Shown here in pieces: positions 56,456 through 64,000 of a stretch of DNA of 64,000 nucleotides. The first letter of the stretch is position 1; each line of letters begins with the position of its first letter. The stretch is from the NCBI GenBank assembly GCA_964403535.1, contig CAYOFN010000001.1, forward strand, positions 2,003 through 66,002, read 5' to 3'. The notes under the pieces are model-generated. The model was given only the letters and a program-made list of their open reading frames with translations, was not told where the DNA came from and ran no database searches. Source of the stretch: Candidatus Woesearchaeota archaeon (GTDB lineage: Archaea; Nanobdellota; Nanobdellia; Pacearchaeales; GW2011-AR1). The translations under genes and the position numbers were made by a program.

Positions 56456-58255
56456 TTATAAACTTATCGCAAATTCCCCTATTTCTCTTTTCAGTAATTC
56501 TAAGATTTTCTTGCTAATCTTACAGGACCTTTCTTTTTGCTGTTTTAATGCTTCTTCAAGCTCCTCCATATTTGCTTCCTCAATCTTATCTTTTATCTTG
56601 AAAATTTTCCCATCTTTAATCAAAAAAGCAGGATTAGTTAAAAAAAGCTCAGCTTTTTTCTCTCCATACTCAATTAAAACCTTATTTTTCTGCAATTCAG
56701 CTAATTCACATCTCTGCCCATAATCAATAAGGCTGTTAATTAAATGAGTTGCATCTTTTCTTATTGTCTCTGTCTCATTTTTATCTGGATTTTTCTTATT
56801 TTTATACCTTTTTTCAGCATCAACTAAATTATTCAGAACATGAATCAGCTTAGGTTCAGCTTTTCCTTTATTAACAAGCTCACCCTCAAAATCTTTTACA
56901 AGTTCTTTCTCAGACTTTTTTCCAAACAATCCCCTTAAAATCTTAAAAACCTCAGAATAAATCTGTTCAATTGTTGTTTTCTGAGCTCTTTTTTCAATAT
57001 CCACTCTTAGCTCTTTTAACCTCTTCATATAATCATTAGCATCACTCATCAACTCATCAACTTCTTTTCCAGAAACTTCATTAATTTTTTTATGTTCATA
57101 TCCCTTATAATACTTGATAACTATCTTCTCAAAAATATCAGTATACTTTTTCTCCAACATTTTTTCTTTTTCTACAAATATTCTTTTCATTTCTTTGACT
57201 GTTTCATAAGCATTAGGAGGAGGAATTCCATACAGCATGAGTAAAGCCTGGCTCGGAGTCATAACACTCCAGTAAATATCTCCCATTACAATATCAAGAA
57301 GTTTTCTTTTCACAATCTCCTGAGTTTTGTCTCCCATAGACATAAACATATCTATTGCTTCTGGAGAAGGTTTAATCTTTCCCATTTTAAGAAGCAATTT
57401 CCATGGAATAAATCCACCTCTATCATAAAGAGGAATTCCATCTCTAATAAAAGTAAAAATAACAGGATGAGCATCTTTTACAGACTCCCAGAACTCAGTA
57501 AGAAGATAAACCTGCACATTTAAAACATTTTTTACACCAGCCATATCTTCAGCCTGCATAATATACTGATAAATAATTCCTCTTAATTTTTCCTTTAATT
57601 CTATTCTTGGCATTCTCTTGACATCAGTATCATCAATAATAATAAAAATATCAACATCACTTGTTTTCTGAGCATCTCCTCTGACTAAACTTCCAGCAAT
57701 AACATAAGAGTAAATATACTTCTCAAATTTTCTGAGAACAAGGCTTTTATGAATCTCTGCTGCTCTTAACCCGCTTAACATTCCTTTATCATGCAAAGGA
57801 AAGCTCATTCCAATTGCTTCTACAATCTCAAATTTGCTGTCAAGGCAGTAATTCCATAAATCAATAGGAGTAATAATAGTCAGCCATACCTTTGGTTTCA
57901 TATCTTTTAAGTCTTTAATCAAATCAGCTCTTATCTTTCCAATTTCTTTAAAATTATCTTCAGGAATAAGCATAACCAGGTGAATTGGCTTTTCTTTTTT
58001 CTCTTCTTCAGTTAATTCCATCTCTTCATCAAACTTTTCAGCAGCTTGCGGAGGGATAATTCCCAAAGCCATAGTAAATCTGTATTTTGAAAGAATACTT
58101 TTCTTAACTTTTTCTAATTCAATCCTTGTTTTGTCCATCTCTTTTTTAACATCATCAGGAATATCACTTACTCCAGGAAGTTTTGGCTTTCCATCATAAC
58201 CAGTTCCAATATCAGGCAAACCAGTAGGATTTATCCCCATCATATTCTTATACAA
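56456..58255 (-). CDS. nucleotidyltransferase-domain protein (larger paralog of 50479-51369)
   Basis: SLVRGDAQKTSDVDIFIIIDD NTase motif. Its downstream helical region aligns with the paralog (IPWKLLLKMGKIKPSPEA vs SPLKFLLQEGKIRSTPEA). Confidence 0.45.
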   Translation of the reverse strand: MYKNMMGINPTGLPDIGTGYDGKPKLPGVSDIPDDVKKEMDKTRIELEKVKKSILSKYRFTMALGIIPPQAAEKFDEEMELTEEEKKEKPIHLVMLIPEDNFKEIGKIRADLIKDLKDMKPKVWLTIITPIDLWNYCLDSKFEIVEAIGMSFPLHDKGMLSGLRAAEIHKSLVLRKFEKYIYSYVIAGSLVRGDAQKTSDVDIFIIIDDTDVKRMPRIELKEKLRGIIYQYIMQAEDMAGVKNVLNVQVYLLTEFWESVKDAHPVIFTFIRDGIPLYDRGGFIPWKLLLKMGKIKPSPEAIDMFMSMGDKTQEIVKRKLLDIVMGDIYWSVMTPSQALLMLYGIPPPNAYETVKEMKRIFVEKEKMLEKKYTDIFEKIVIKYYKGYEHKKINEVSGKEVDELMSDANDYMKRLKELRVDIEKRAQKTTIEQIYSEVFKILRGLFGKKSEKELVKDFEGELVNKGKAEPKLIHVLNNLVDAEKRYKNKKNPDKNETETIRKDATHLINSLIDYGQRCELAELQKNKVLIEYGEKKAELFLTNPAFLIKDGKIFKIKDKIEEANMEELEEALKQQKERSCKISKKILELLKREIGEFAISL

Positions 58256-58285
58256 AAAAGTTACTATTTAAATCTTGTGAAAAAA

Positions 58286-58849
58286 TCAAGTTAAATTTGA
58301 ATTTTTAACAAAAACAGCAGAAGCAATCACTGTAGTCCAGAGTCCATCTTTATTTCCTTCAGCAGACTGGGTGATATTTGTCGTCCTGAAAATATGCCCG
58401 CTTGCTTTGTAAACTTGTTCTCTGTCTTCCCATGCCTGATTTGAATCAAACTCTACTCCAAGAGTTGTTGCTAACATTGTAGCTGCCAAATCTTCAGCAT
58501 ACTCCCCTGCTTTTTCTCCTTTTTCTCCATAAGCATGATGTTCTGAGAGATATCCATAATTGTTTGAGTCTTTGGGAATTGCAAGTCCTATTGAAGCAGA
58601 GATAAGTCTATTTGGTTCACTTGTATCATTTCTAGCCATAACACAAAAAGTTAGTTCTCCAGGAGAGAGTAATTTTAAACCTTCATCTTTCGAAATTGTT
58701 TTGCAATTTGGAGGAAAGATACTTGAAACCATAACAAGATTGCATTTTTCAATTCCAGCATTTCTCAAAGCTAATTCAAAAGAAGCAAGCTTATCTTTGT
58801 GAACTCCTACTCCTTTAGTAAAAAATACTTTTTCTGGCACCATTTTCAC
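58286..58849 (-). CDS. pdaD: pyruvoyl-dependent arginine decarboxylase
   Basis: 187 aa with a Ser-Ser self-cleavage site ([11 protein letters not shown]) and the PdaD family pattern. Confidence 0.8.
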   Translation of the reverse strand: MKMVPEKVFFTKGVGVHKDKLASFELALRNAGIEKCNLVMVSSIFPPNCKTISKDEGLKLLSPGELTFCVMARNDTSEPNRLISASIGLAIPKDSNNYGYLSEHHAYGEKGEKAGEYAEDLAATMLATTLGVEFDSNQAWEDREQVYKASGHIFRTTNITQSAEGNKDGLWTTVIASAVFVKNSNLT

Positions 58850-58855
58850 TTTTGA

Positions 58856-58928
58856 TGGACCGGGGAGGAATCGAACCTCCGATCTTCTCGGTGTAAACGA
58901 GATGTCGTAACCACTAGACTACCGGTCC
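58856..58928 (-). tRNA. tRNA-Val(UAC)
   Basis: Reverse strand reads GGACCGG-TA-GTCTAGTGGTTACGAC-A-TCTCG-TTTACAC-CGAGA-AGATC-GGAGG-TTCGATT-CCTCC-CCGGTCC-A, a canonical cloverleaf. Confidence 0.8.
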
Positions 58929-59030
58929 ATATTTCAAATAAAATACAGGTATTTTTAAATTCTACTATCTTTTTCATATTAGGGTTATAGTAAATTTTTT
59001 ATACTCATTTAATCAAATATCTTCAGAAAC

Positions 59031-59984
59031 ATGACAAGGGATTTAGTTCTTGAACAAGGAATAGTAAAGGAAGTTTTAGATGGAACTCCTAGGATTCCCT
59101 CTCCTTTGCCAGGAGATACAAGACTACCAACAAGTGTAGAAATTACAAGTATTACTTCTGAGCAATCCTCTTATGAATTCCTTGATGAATCTCAAGACAG
59201 AACTTTGCTTGATGAAGGAACTGCCCTGGCTCTGGCAGGGGTATGGGATTCTCAAAAGTATCTTAGAGAAAGAGGAGTGAAATTAAAAAACCCAGATGTC
59301 CAATTTAGAATTCCAAAAACTCTTGAAGATTTAGAAGAACCAAAATTAGACAGTATTGAATCTGATGAGAGGATAATTGCTCTTCCTGTAAAAGATTATA
59401 AGATAAAGAACTGGATAAAAGGAATTGCTTGTTTTGGTTCAACTATCAGAGGAGTAAATTTTAGGTTTGATAGAACAACTTCTCATGCTTCAAGAACAAG
59501 AAGGATAATTGGCCGATATGCGAATCAGCCTCTTTTGAGTCATAGAACTCCAATTGTGCTTAATTTAACCTTTCCTTTTAGAGTCCCTCAATATGCTACT
59601 CTTGCTTTTGAAGTTTTTTGTATTCAACTTGAACCCACAACCTCTAAAAGAGTATTATCTAAACTATCAGAAGGAGTACCTCCAAATTCAATTCCTTTAG
59701 AGCACTGGCATCATTTAAACAATCTTGAAGCATATGATGAAAGAGTAATTGCACAGTCAATTGCAAAATCCTGGTTATTTGATACTGCAAGAGATAGATT
59801 CACAGAACAGCAAATAAATGAATGGGTTCCCTATTCAGCTTTTCCTGAAATTTTAAAAAGAGCAACTGAAGTAGCAAGAGAACTTGGTCCTAGACAAACT
59901 ATTCAAGCTTATAAACTTAAAGCATGGCAGATGAATTTATTTTTAGACAGAACTCTTACTAAAAGATTAAGAGGTGAAGAATAA
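59031..59984 (+). CDS. hypothetical protein
   Basis: 317 aa. Confidence 0.3.
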   Translation: MTRDLVLEQGIVKEVLDGTPRIPSPLPGDTRLPTSVEITSITSEQSSYEFLDESQDRTLLDEGTALALAGVWDSQKYLRERGVKLKNPDVQFRIPKTLEDLEEPKLDSIESDERIIALPVKDYKIKNWIKGIACFGSTIRGVNFRFDRTTSHASRTRRIIGRYANQPLLSHRTPIVLNLTFPFRVPQYATLAFEVFCIQLEPTTSKRVLSKLSEGVPPNSIPLEHWHHLNNLEAYDERVIAQSIAKSWLFDTARDRFTEQQINEWVPYSAFPEILKRATEVARELGPRQTIQAYKLKAWQMNLFLDRTLTKRLRGEE

Positions 59985-60072
59985 ATCTTTTTAACTTCTT
60001 AATTAGCCTAAAAGAACAAGAATAAATCAAGAGTAATAAACTTTTTATATCCCTTCATACTTCATAAAACAT

Positions 60073-60213
60073 GCGCGGGTAGTATAGTGGTTAGTATATT
60101 TCGTTGCCAATAACAAACCTTTTTTCTAAAAAGGTTTCTTAGAGTTTCAAAAACTAAATTTGCTCTAAGTTAACAAAAACGAAGTGACCCGGGTTCAACT
60201 CCCGGCTCGCGCA
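60073..60213 (+). tRNA. tRNA-Gly(GCC) candidate with ~68-nt intron
   Basis: GCGCGGG-TA-GTATAGTGGTTAGTAT-A-TTTCG-TTGCCA[intron]A-CGAAG-TGAC-CCGGG-TTCAACT-CCCGG-CTCGCGC-A. The intron contains the perfect hairpin AACCTTTTT-TCT-AAAAAGGTT. Confidence 0.55.
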
Positions 60214-60270
60214 TTCCATTTCCCATCTTATTTAAAGTACTTAAATGAAATCCTCTCAGGCTCGCGCATC

Positions 60271-61887
60271 TCATTCATATCCTTCCATTCCAGGAGGCAT
60301 TCCCCTAGTCATTCCTGAACCTGAAGATTTTCCAGAACTTAAAACATCATCAATTCTGAGAATCATCATCGCTACTTCTGAAGCAGAATCAATTATTTGA
60401 GTTTTTATTTTCAGTGGCTCAATAATCCCCTGTTTAAGAGAGTCTTCAACTTTTCCTGAAAAAATATTTATTCCAGCGTATTTTTCTCCAGCATCATGTC
60501 TTGCTTTTAACTCAGTTAAAACATCAATCGGGTCAAGTCCTGCATTTTCAGCTAAAGTAGCAGGAATAAACTCAAGTGCAGCTGCAAACTCTCCAACTGC
60601 AAGCTGTTCTCTTCCTGAAAGAGTATTTGAAAACTCTTTTAATCTTCTTGCTAATTCCATCTCAACTCCCCCAGCTCCTGCAACAACTCTGTTTTGCTTT
60701 AGAACAGCAGCAACATCTCCTAATCCATCTTTAATTGCCCTTTCCATCTCATCAACTACATGTTCTGTCCCTCCATGAATAAGTATAGAAACTGCTTTTG
60801 GATTACTGCATCCCCTGATATAAGTCATAGCATCCTCTCCCTCTCTAATCTCCTCTACAATCTGGGCACCTCCCAAATCATTTGTCTGAATCTCATTAAG
60901 ATTACTGATAATTTTTCCACTTGTAGCTCTTGCTAATTTTTCCATATCACTCTTTGCAACTCTTCTGCAAGAATAAATCCCAGATTTAGCAAGATAATAC
61001 TGAGCAATCTCATCTATTCCCTTTTGGCAGAACAAAACATTTGCCCCACTCTCTCTTATTTTCTCAACCATCTTTCTTAACATGCTCTCTTCTTGTTCAA
61101 TAAACCCTTGCAGTTGTTCTGGAGAAGTAATAGAAATTCTTGCTTCAGATTCTGGTTTTTTAATTTCTAAAGCTTCATCAATTAGTGCTATCTTTGCATT
61201 ACTTATTTTTTGAGGCATCTCCATTGAAACTTTTTCTTTATCAATAATAAGTCCCTGAATAATCTCTGTATCCTCTATTCCTCTTCCTGTTCTTTTTTCT
61301 ATTTTTATATCCTGTAGATTAATATTTCCCTGATGCTGAATTTGTTTAACTGCTCTTACAATAATCTCAGCAAACTTGTCCTTCACGGTCTCTGCACCCT
61401 TTCCAGTCATTGCAGTCTTAGCAATGCTTCTTAAGACATCTTCCTGTTCTGGAGCAATCACAATTGAAATTTCTTTTAATATTTCTTTGGCTTTTTCAGA
61501 AGCAAGTCTATACCCTTTTATAATCACAGTTGGATGAACTTTCTAGTCAAGTAGCTTTTCGGCATTTTCCAGCAATTTTCCTGCGAACATAACTGCAGTA
61601 GTAGTTCCATCTCCAACTTCTTTTTCCTGTGTCTTTGCAATCTCAACCATCATCTTAGCAGCAGGATGTTCAATCTCCATTTCCTCAAGAATAGTGACTC
61701 CATCATTAGTCACAACAATATCTCCTGTAGAACTAACAAGCATCTTATCCATTCCTTTAGGTCCGAGAGTAGTTTTGACTGTTTCTCCAACTAATCTTGC
61801 AGCCAGGATATTATTTCTCTGGGCGTCTCTTCCAATTGTTCTCTGAATATTTTCAGGCATTATAAAAATTGGTTGTCTATCTGTCAT
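60271..61887 (-). pseudogene. ths: thermosome (group II chaperonin) subunit interrupted by an in-frame TAG at 61543-61545
   Basis: ORF 61543-61887 ([33 protein letters not shown]...GPKGMDKML...AEKLLD) and ORF 60271-61527 (IIKGYRLASEKAKEIL...) are in the same frame. The junction reads AEKLLD-TAG-KVHPTVIIKG, where thermosomes have a conserved Q/K. Confidence 0.75.
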
Positions 61888-61896
61888 TTTTTAGTT

Positions 61897-62154
61897 TTAT
61901 GAATTTATACGTTTATATACTTCTTCTGCAATTTGATAATACACCATCAACCTTGCAAGTTCTAAGACTGAGGAAGAAAAATAACCACTTACTTTAGTTT
62001 TCCAGCCTAATTTATCTCCCTCTTCTTCAAGAAAATGATTAGTTCTTGCAACAAATCGTACAAATGAAGTTGGAACAAAGATAGCATCTAAAATTCTTTT
62101 TGTAAGTCCTTCTTTACTTTTCTCTCTTTGTTGGTTTGGTTGAACCTCAGTCAT
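61897..62154 (-). CDS. hypothetical protein
   Basis: 85 aa. Confidence 0.3.
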   Translation of the reverse strand: MTEVQPNQQREKSKEGLTKRILDAIFVPTSFVRFVARTNHFLEEEGDKLGWKTKVSGYFSSSVLELARLMVYYQIAEEVYKRINS

Positions 62155-62261
62155 ACTTTTGTATCTTTTTTCTGATTTTTAAGTATTGTTATGTTTGAGT
62201 GTATAGATAATGAAAAGGCTTATTTCATAAACCTTATATATTTACATGTCTTATCTTTATT

Positions 62262-62816
62262 ATGAAAACTGGCATTAAGGTGGGGGACATAATGACAAGA
62301 GATTTTGTCTCAGTAAACCCCTCAACTTCTGTTCTAAATTGTGCAAAAAAAATGATTAAAAAAAGAGTAGGCTCTTTAATTCTCGAGGAAAAAGGAATTC
62401 TTAAAGGAATAATCACAGAAGGAGATATTATCTGGGCTCTGACAAAAAAATCAAAAAAAGATTTAGATAGTATTGAAGCAAGTGAGATCGCTCCAAGAAA
62501 ACTTGCCACTATAAAACCCTCTGCAGATTTATATGATGCACTCCAAAAAATGAAAAAAACAAAGTATCGCTGGCTTCCTGTTACTTCTCAAAAAAAAGTA
62601 ATAGGATTTCTAACTATGAAGGATATTATCAAAATAGAACCAAGCTTATTTGAAATAGCAAGCGAATCTTTTCAGATAAAAGAAGAATCTGAAAAAAGAA
62701 AGAAAACCAAGCTTACAAGAATTAAAGAAGGAGTCTGTGAAGAGTGTGGTACTTTTGGAATTCTTTACAGAGAAAATGGGGAGCTTATCTGCGATTCCTG
62801 CAGAGATGCTATGTAA
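62262..62816 (+). CDS. CBS-domain pair protein with C-terminal Zn-ribbon
   Basis: Two CBS motifs (GDIMTRDFVSV..., KKVIGFLTMKDII) plus CEECG...CDSC. Confidence 0.7.
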   Translation: MKTGIKVGDIMTRDFVSVNPSTSVLNCAKKMIKKRVGSLILEEKGILKGIITEGDIIWALTKKSKKDLDSIEASEIAPRKLATIKPSADLYDALQKMKKTKYRWLPVTSQKKVIGFLTMKDIIKIEPSLFEIASESFQIKEESEKRKKTKLTRIKEGVCEECGTFGILYRENGELICDSCRDAM

Positions 62817-63057
62817 TCCCCTTACTGATATTGTTAATTTAAAAGATAATAATCTATTCTAAATCTGCTAATTCTTCAATTTTGCTCAACCATAAACTGA
62901 GGCTATTAACTAATACTTTAATTAAGTCTGATAAAGATAACAATCTTTTAAGTTAGATTCAACACTTAAGATGGTGCTCCTCTCCAAGCAAAGTCAATAA
63001 TTCACACAAACTAAAAATATTTAAATACACCTTCTTTCTTATTCTAAAAGAGGAAAA

Positions 63058-63558
63058 ATGGTAGAAAAAGATAATGTATTTGCAACAAAGATTAAACAAT
63101 CAGGGATATTTGATTTTAAAGATTTCTATAGATTTGCATATGAATGGCTAGATGGAGAGGGATATGATGTTGCTGAGGGAAAATACTCTGAAAAAATAAG
63201 TCCTGGAGGAAAAGAAATAGAGATTGAGTGGGAAGCTAAAAGAAAAATTTCAGATTATTTCAGATTTGTAGCAAAAGTAAGGTGGCGTATAACTGGAATG
63301 AAAGATGTTGAAGTGCAAAAAAACGGAGAAAAAATCAACATGAACAAAGGAACAGTTGAGATTCGTTCTAAAGGAGTTCTTGAGAAAGATTATGAGCATA
63401 GATGGGAAGATAACCCTTTTCTTAAGTTTTTAAGAGGGGTTTACGATAGGTATATCATACGAGCAAGAATAGACCAGTATGAAACAAAATTAATTGAAGA
63501 AGTAGATGAATTTATTGGGCAGTGTAAGGCATTTTTAGCTATGGAAGCACAAAGATAA
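63058..63558 (+). CDS. hypothetical protein
   Basis: 166 aa. Confidence 0.3.
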   Translation: MVEKDNVFATKIKQSGIFDFKDFYRFAYEWLDGEGYDVAEGKYSEKISPGGKEIEIEWEAKRKISDYFRFVAKVRWRITGMKDVEVQKNGEKINMNKGTVEIRSKGVLEKDYEHRWEDNPFLKFLRGVYDRYIIRARIDQYETKLIEEVDEFIGQCKAFLAMEAQR

Positions 63559-63623
63559 TCATTTAATTTGATAGTGTAATATACCACAGAAATCTTTATA
63601 TATCTCTTAAAAATAAGCTTCAT

Positions 63624-64000
63624 ATGAAAGGAAAAAAGGGAATTATTTTTGTTTTAGCATCTTTTTTACTGCTCTTAAACCTTGTTTCAGCTATAAATCT
63701 AGATATAACTAAGAATACTCTCTCTAATTCAGTTATAACTAATCTAAATCAACCTGCAAAATTTGAACTTGTTATAACTAATCGTGCAGAGGGAAGTAAT
63801 TTTCAGATTTACTCATTAGTTGGAGTAGATATTTCTCCAACAGGTTCAGTGTATATAAGCCAAGATGAGACCAAAAAAGTCACTATTGAGGTTCTTCCAC
63901 AGGACTCAATAAAAAAGAACCTTGGTTTTTACACTTTTGAGTATAAAATAAGAGATGCTAAAGGAGAAGTGCAGTCTGACATGCTGACAATAAACATACT
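63624..64000 (+). CDS. secreted protein (signal peptide), partial; continues beyond the window end
   Basis: MKGKKGIIFVLASFLLLLNLVSA signal peptide; open frame to the window edge. Confidence 0.35.
   Translation, partial: MKGKKGIIFVLASFLLLLNLVSAINLDITKNTLSNSVITNLNQPAKFELVITNRAEGSNFQIYSLVGVDISPTGSVYISQDETKKVTIEVLPQDSIKKNLGFYTFEYKIRDAKGEVQSDMLTINI

Noticed and set aside
61543-61545. TAG as a sense codon (code reassignment or pyrrolysine)
   Set aside because: TAG is the terminator of trx (3721), dut (4194) and PCD (12103) at positions matching normal protein ends. There is no pyl/mtmB context in the window. The thermosome TAG is better explained by a point mutation or a sequencing error.

Overview
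AT-rich (~33% GC) archaeal contig; the gene content suggests a small-genome, possibly DPANN-like, lineage. Archaeal identity is supported by rpoH-rpoB, archaeal-type ThrRS, GluRS and TrpRS, Elp3, a thermosome, r-proteins L10e and L35Ae, pyruvoyl-dependent arginine decarboxylase, and two intron-containing tRNAs. Most of the window is housekeeping. It contains a nucleotide-metabolism cluster (trx, dut, nrdG, nrdD, nrdR, tmk), an Fe-S cluster (arsR, iscS, iscU) that also carries a diadenylate-cyclase-domain gene and a 30-aa cysteine-rich micro-ORF, and a translation/protein cluster (trpS, thrS, gltX, ppsA, L10e, L35Ae, pdaD, thermosome). The accessory region at ~24.8-36.8 kb is an archaeal type IV pilus assembly locus. 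It has a FlaI/PilB-like ATPase, two FlaJ/TadC-like membrane proteins, a frameshifted KaiC/FlaH-like ATPase, a translationally coupled operon of four prepilin-like genes, further class-III-signal pilins, and thrombospondin-type and Gly-rich surface proteins. Immediately beside it is a TAT-signal lytic murein transglycosylase with a peptidoglycan-binding domain, unexpected in a peptidoglycan-less archaeon; this is the best candidate for a host-interaction apparatus. Other notable items: NrdD fused to a C-terminal glutaredoxin-like CPNC domain; an MTAP-APRT fusion; a GluRS lacking the anticodon-binding domain; a thermosome gene interrupted by an in-frame TAG; an 80-bp perfect tandem duplication spanning the nrdR start; a RelE/ParE toxin-antitoxin pair; and paralogous nucleotidyltransferase proteins. 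All calls rest on reading the six-frame translations and the sequence by eye; no database search was run.
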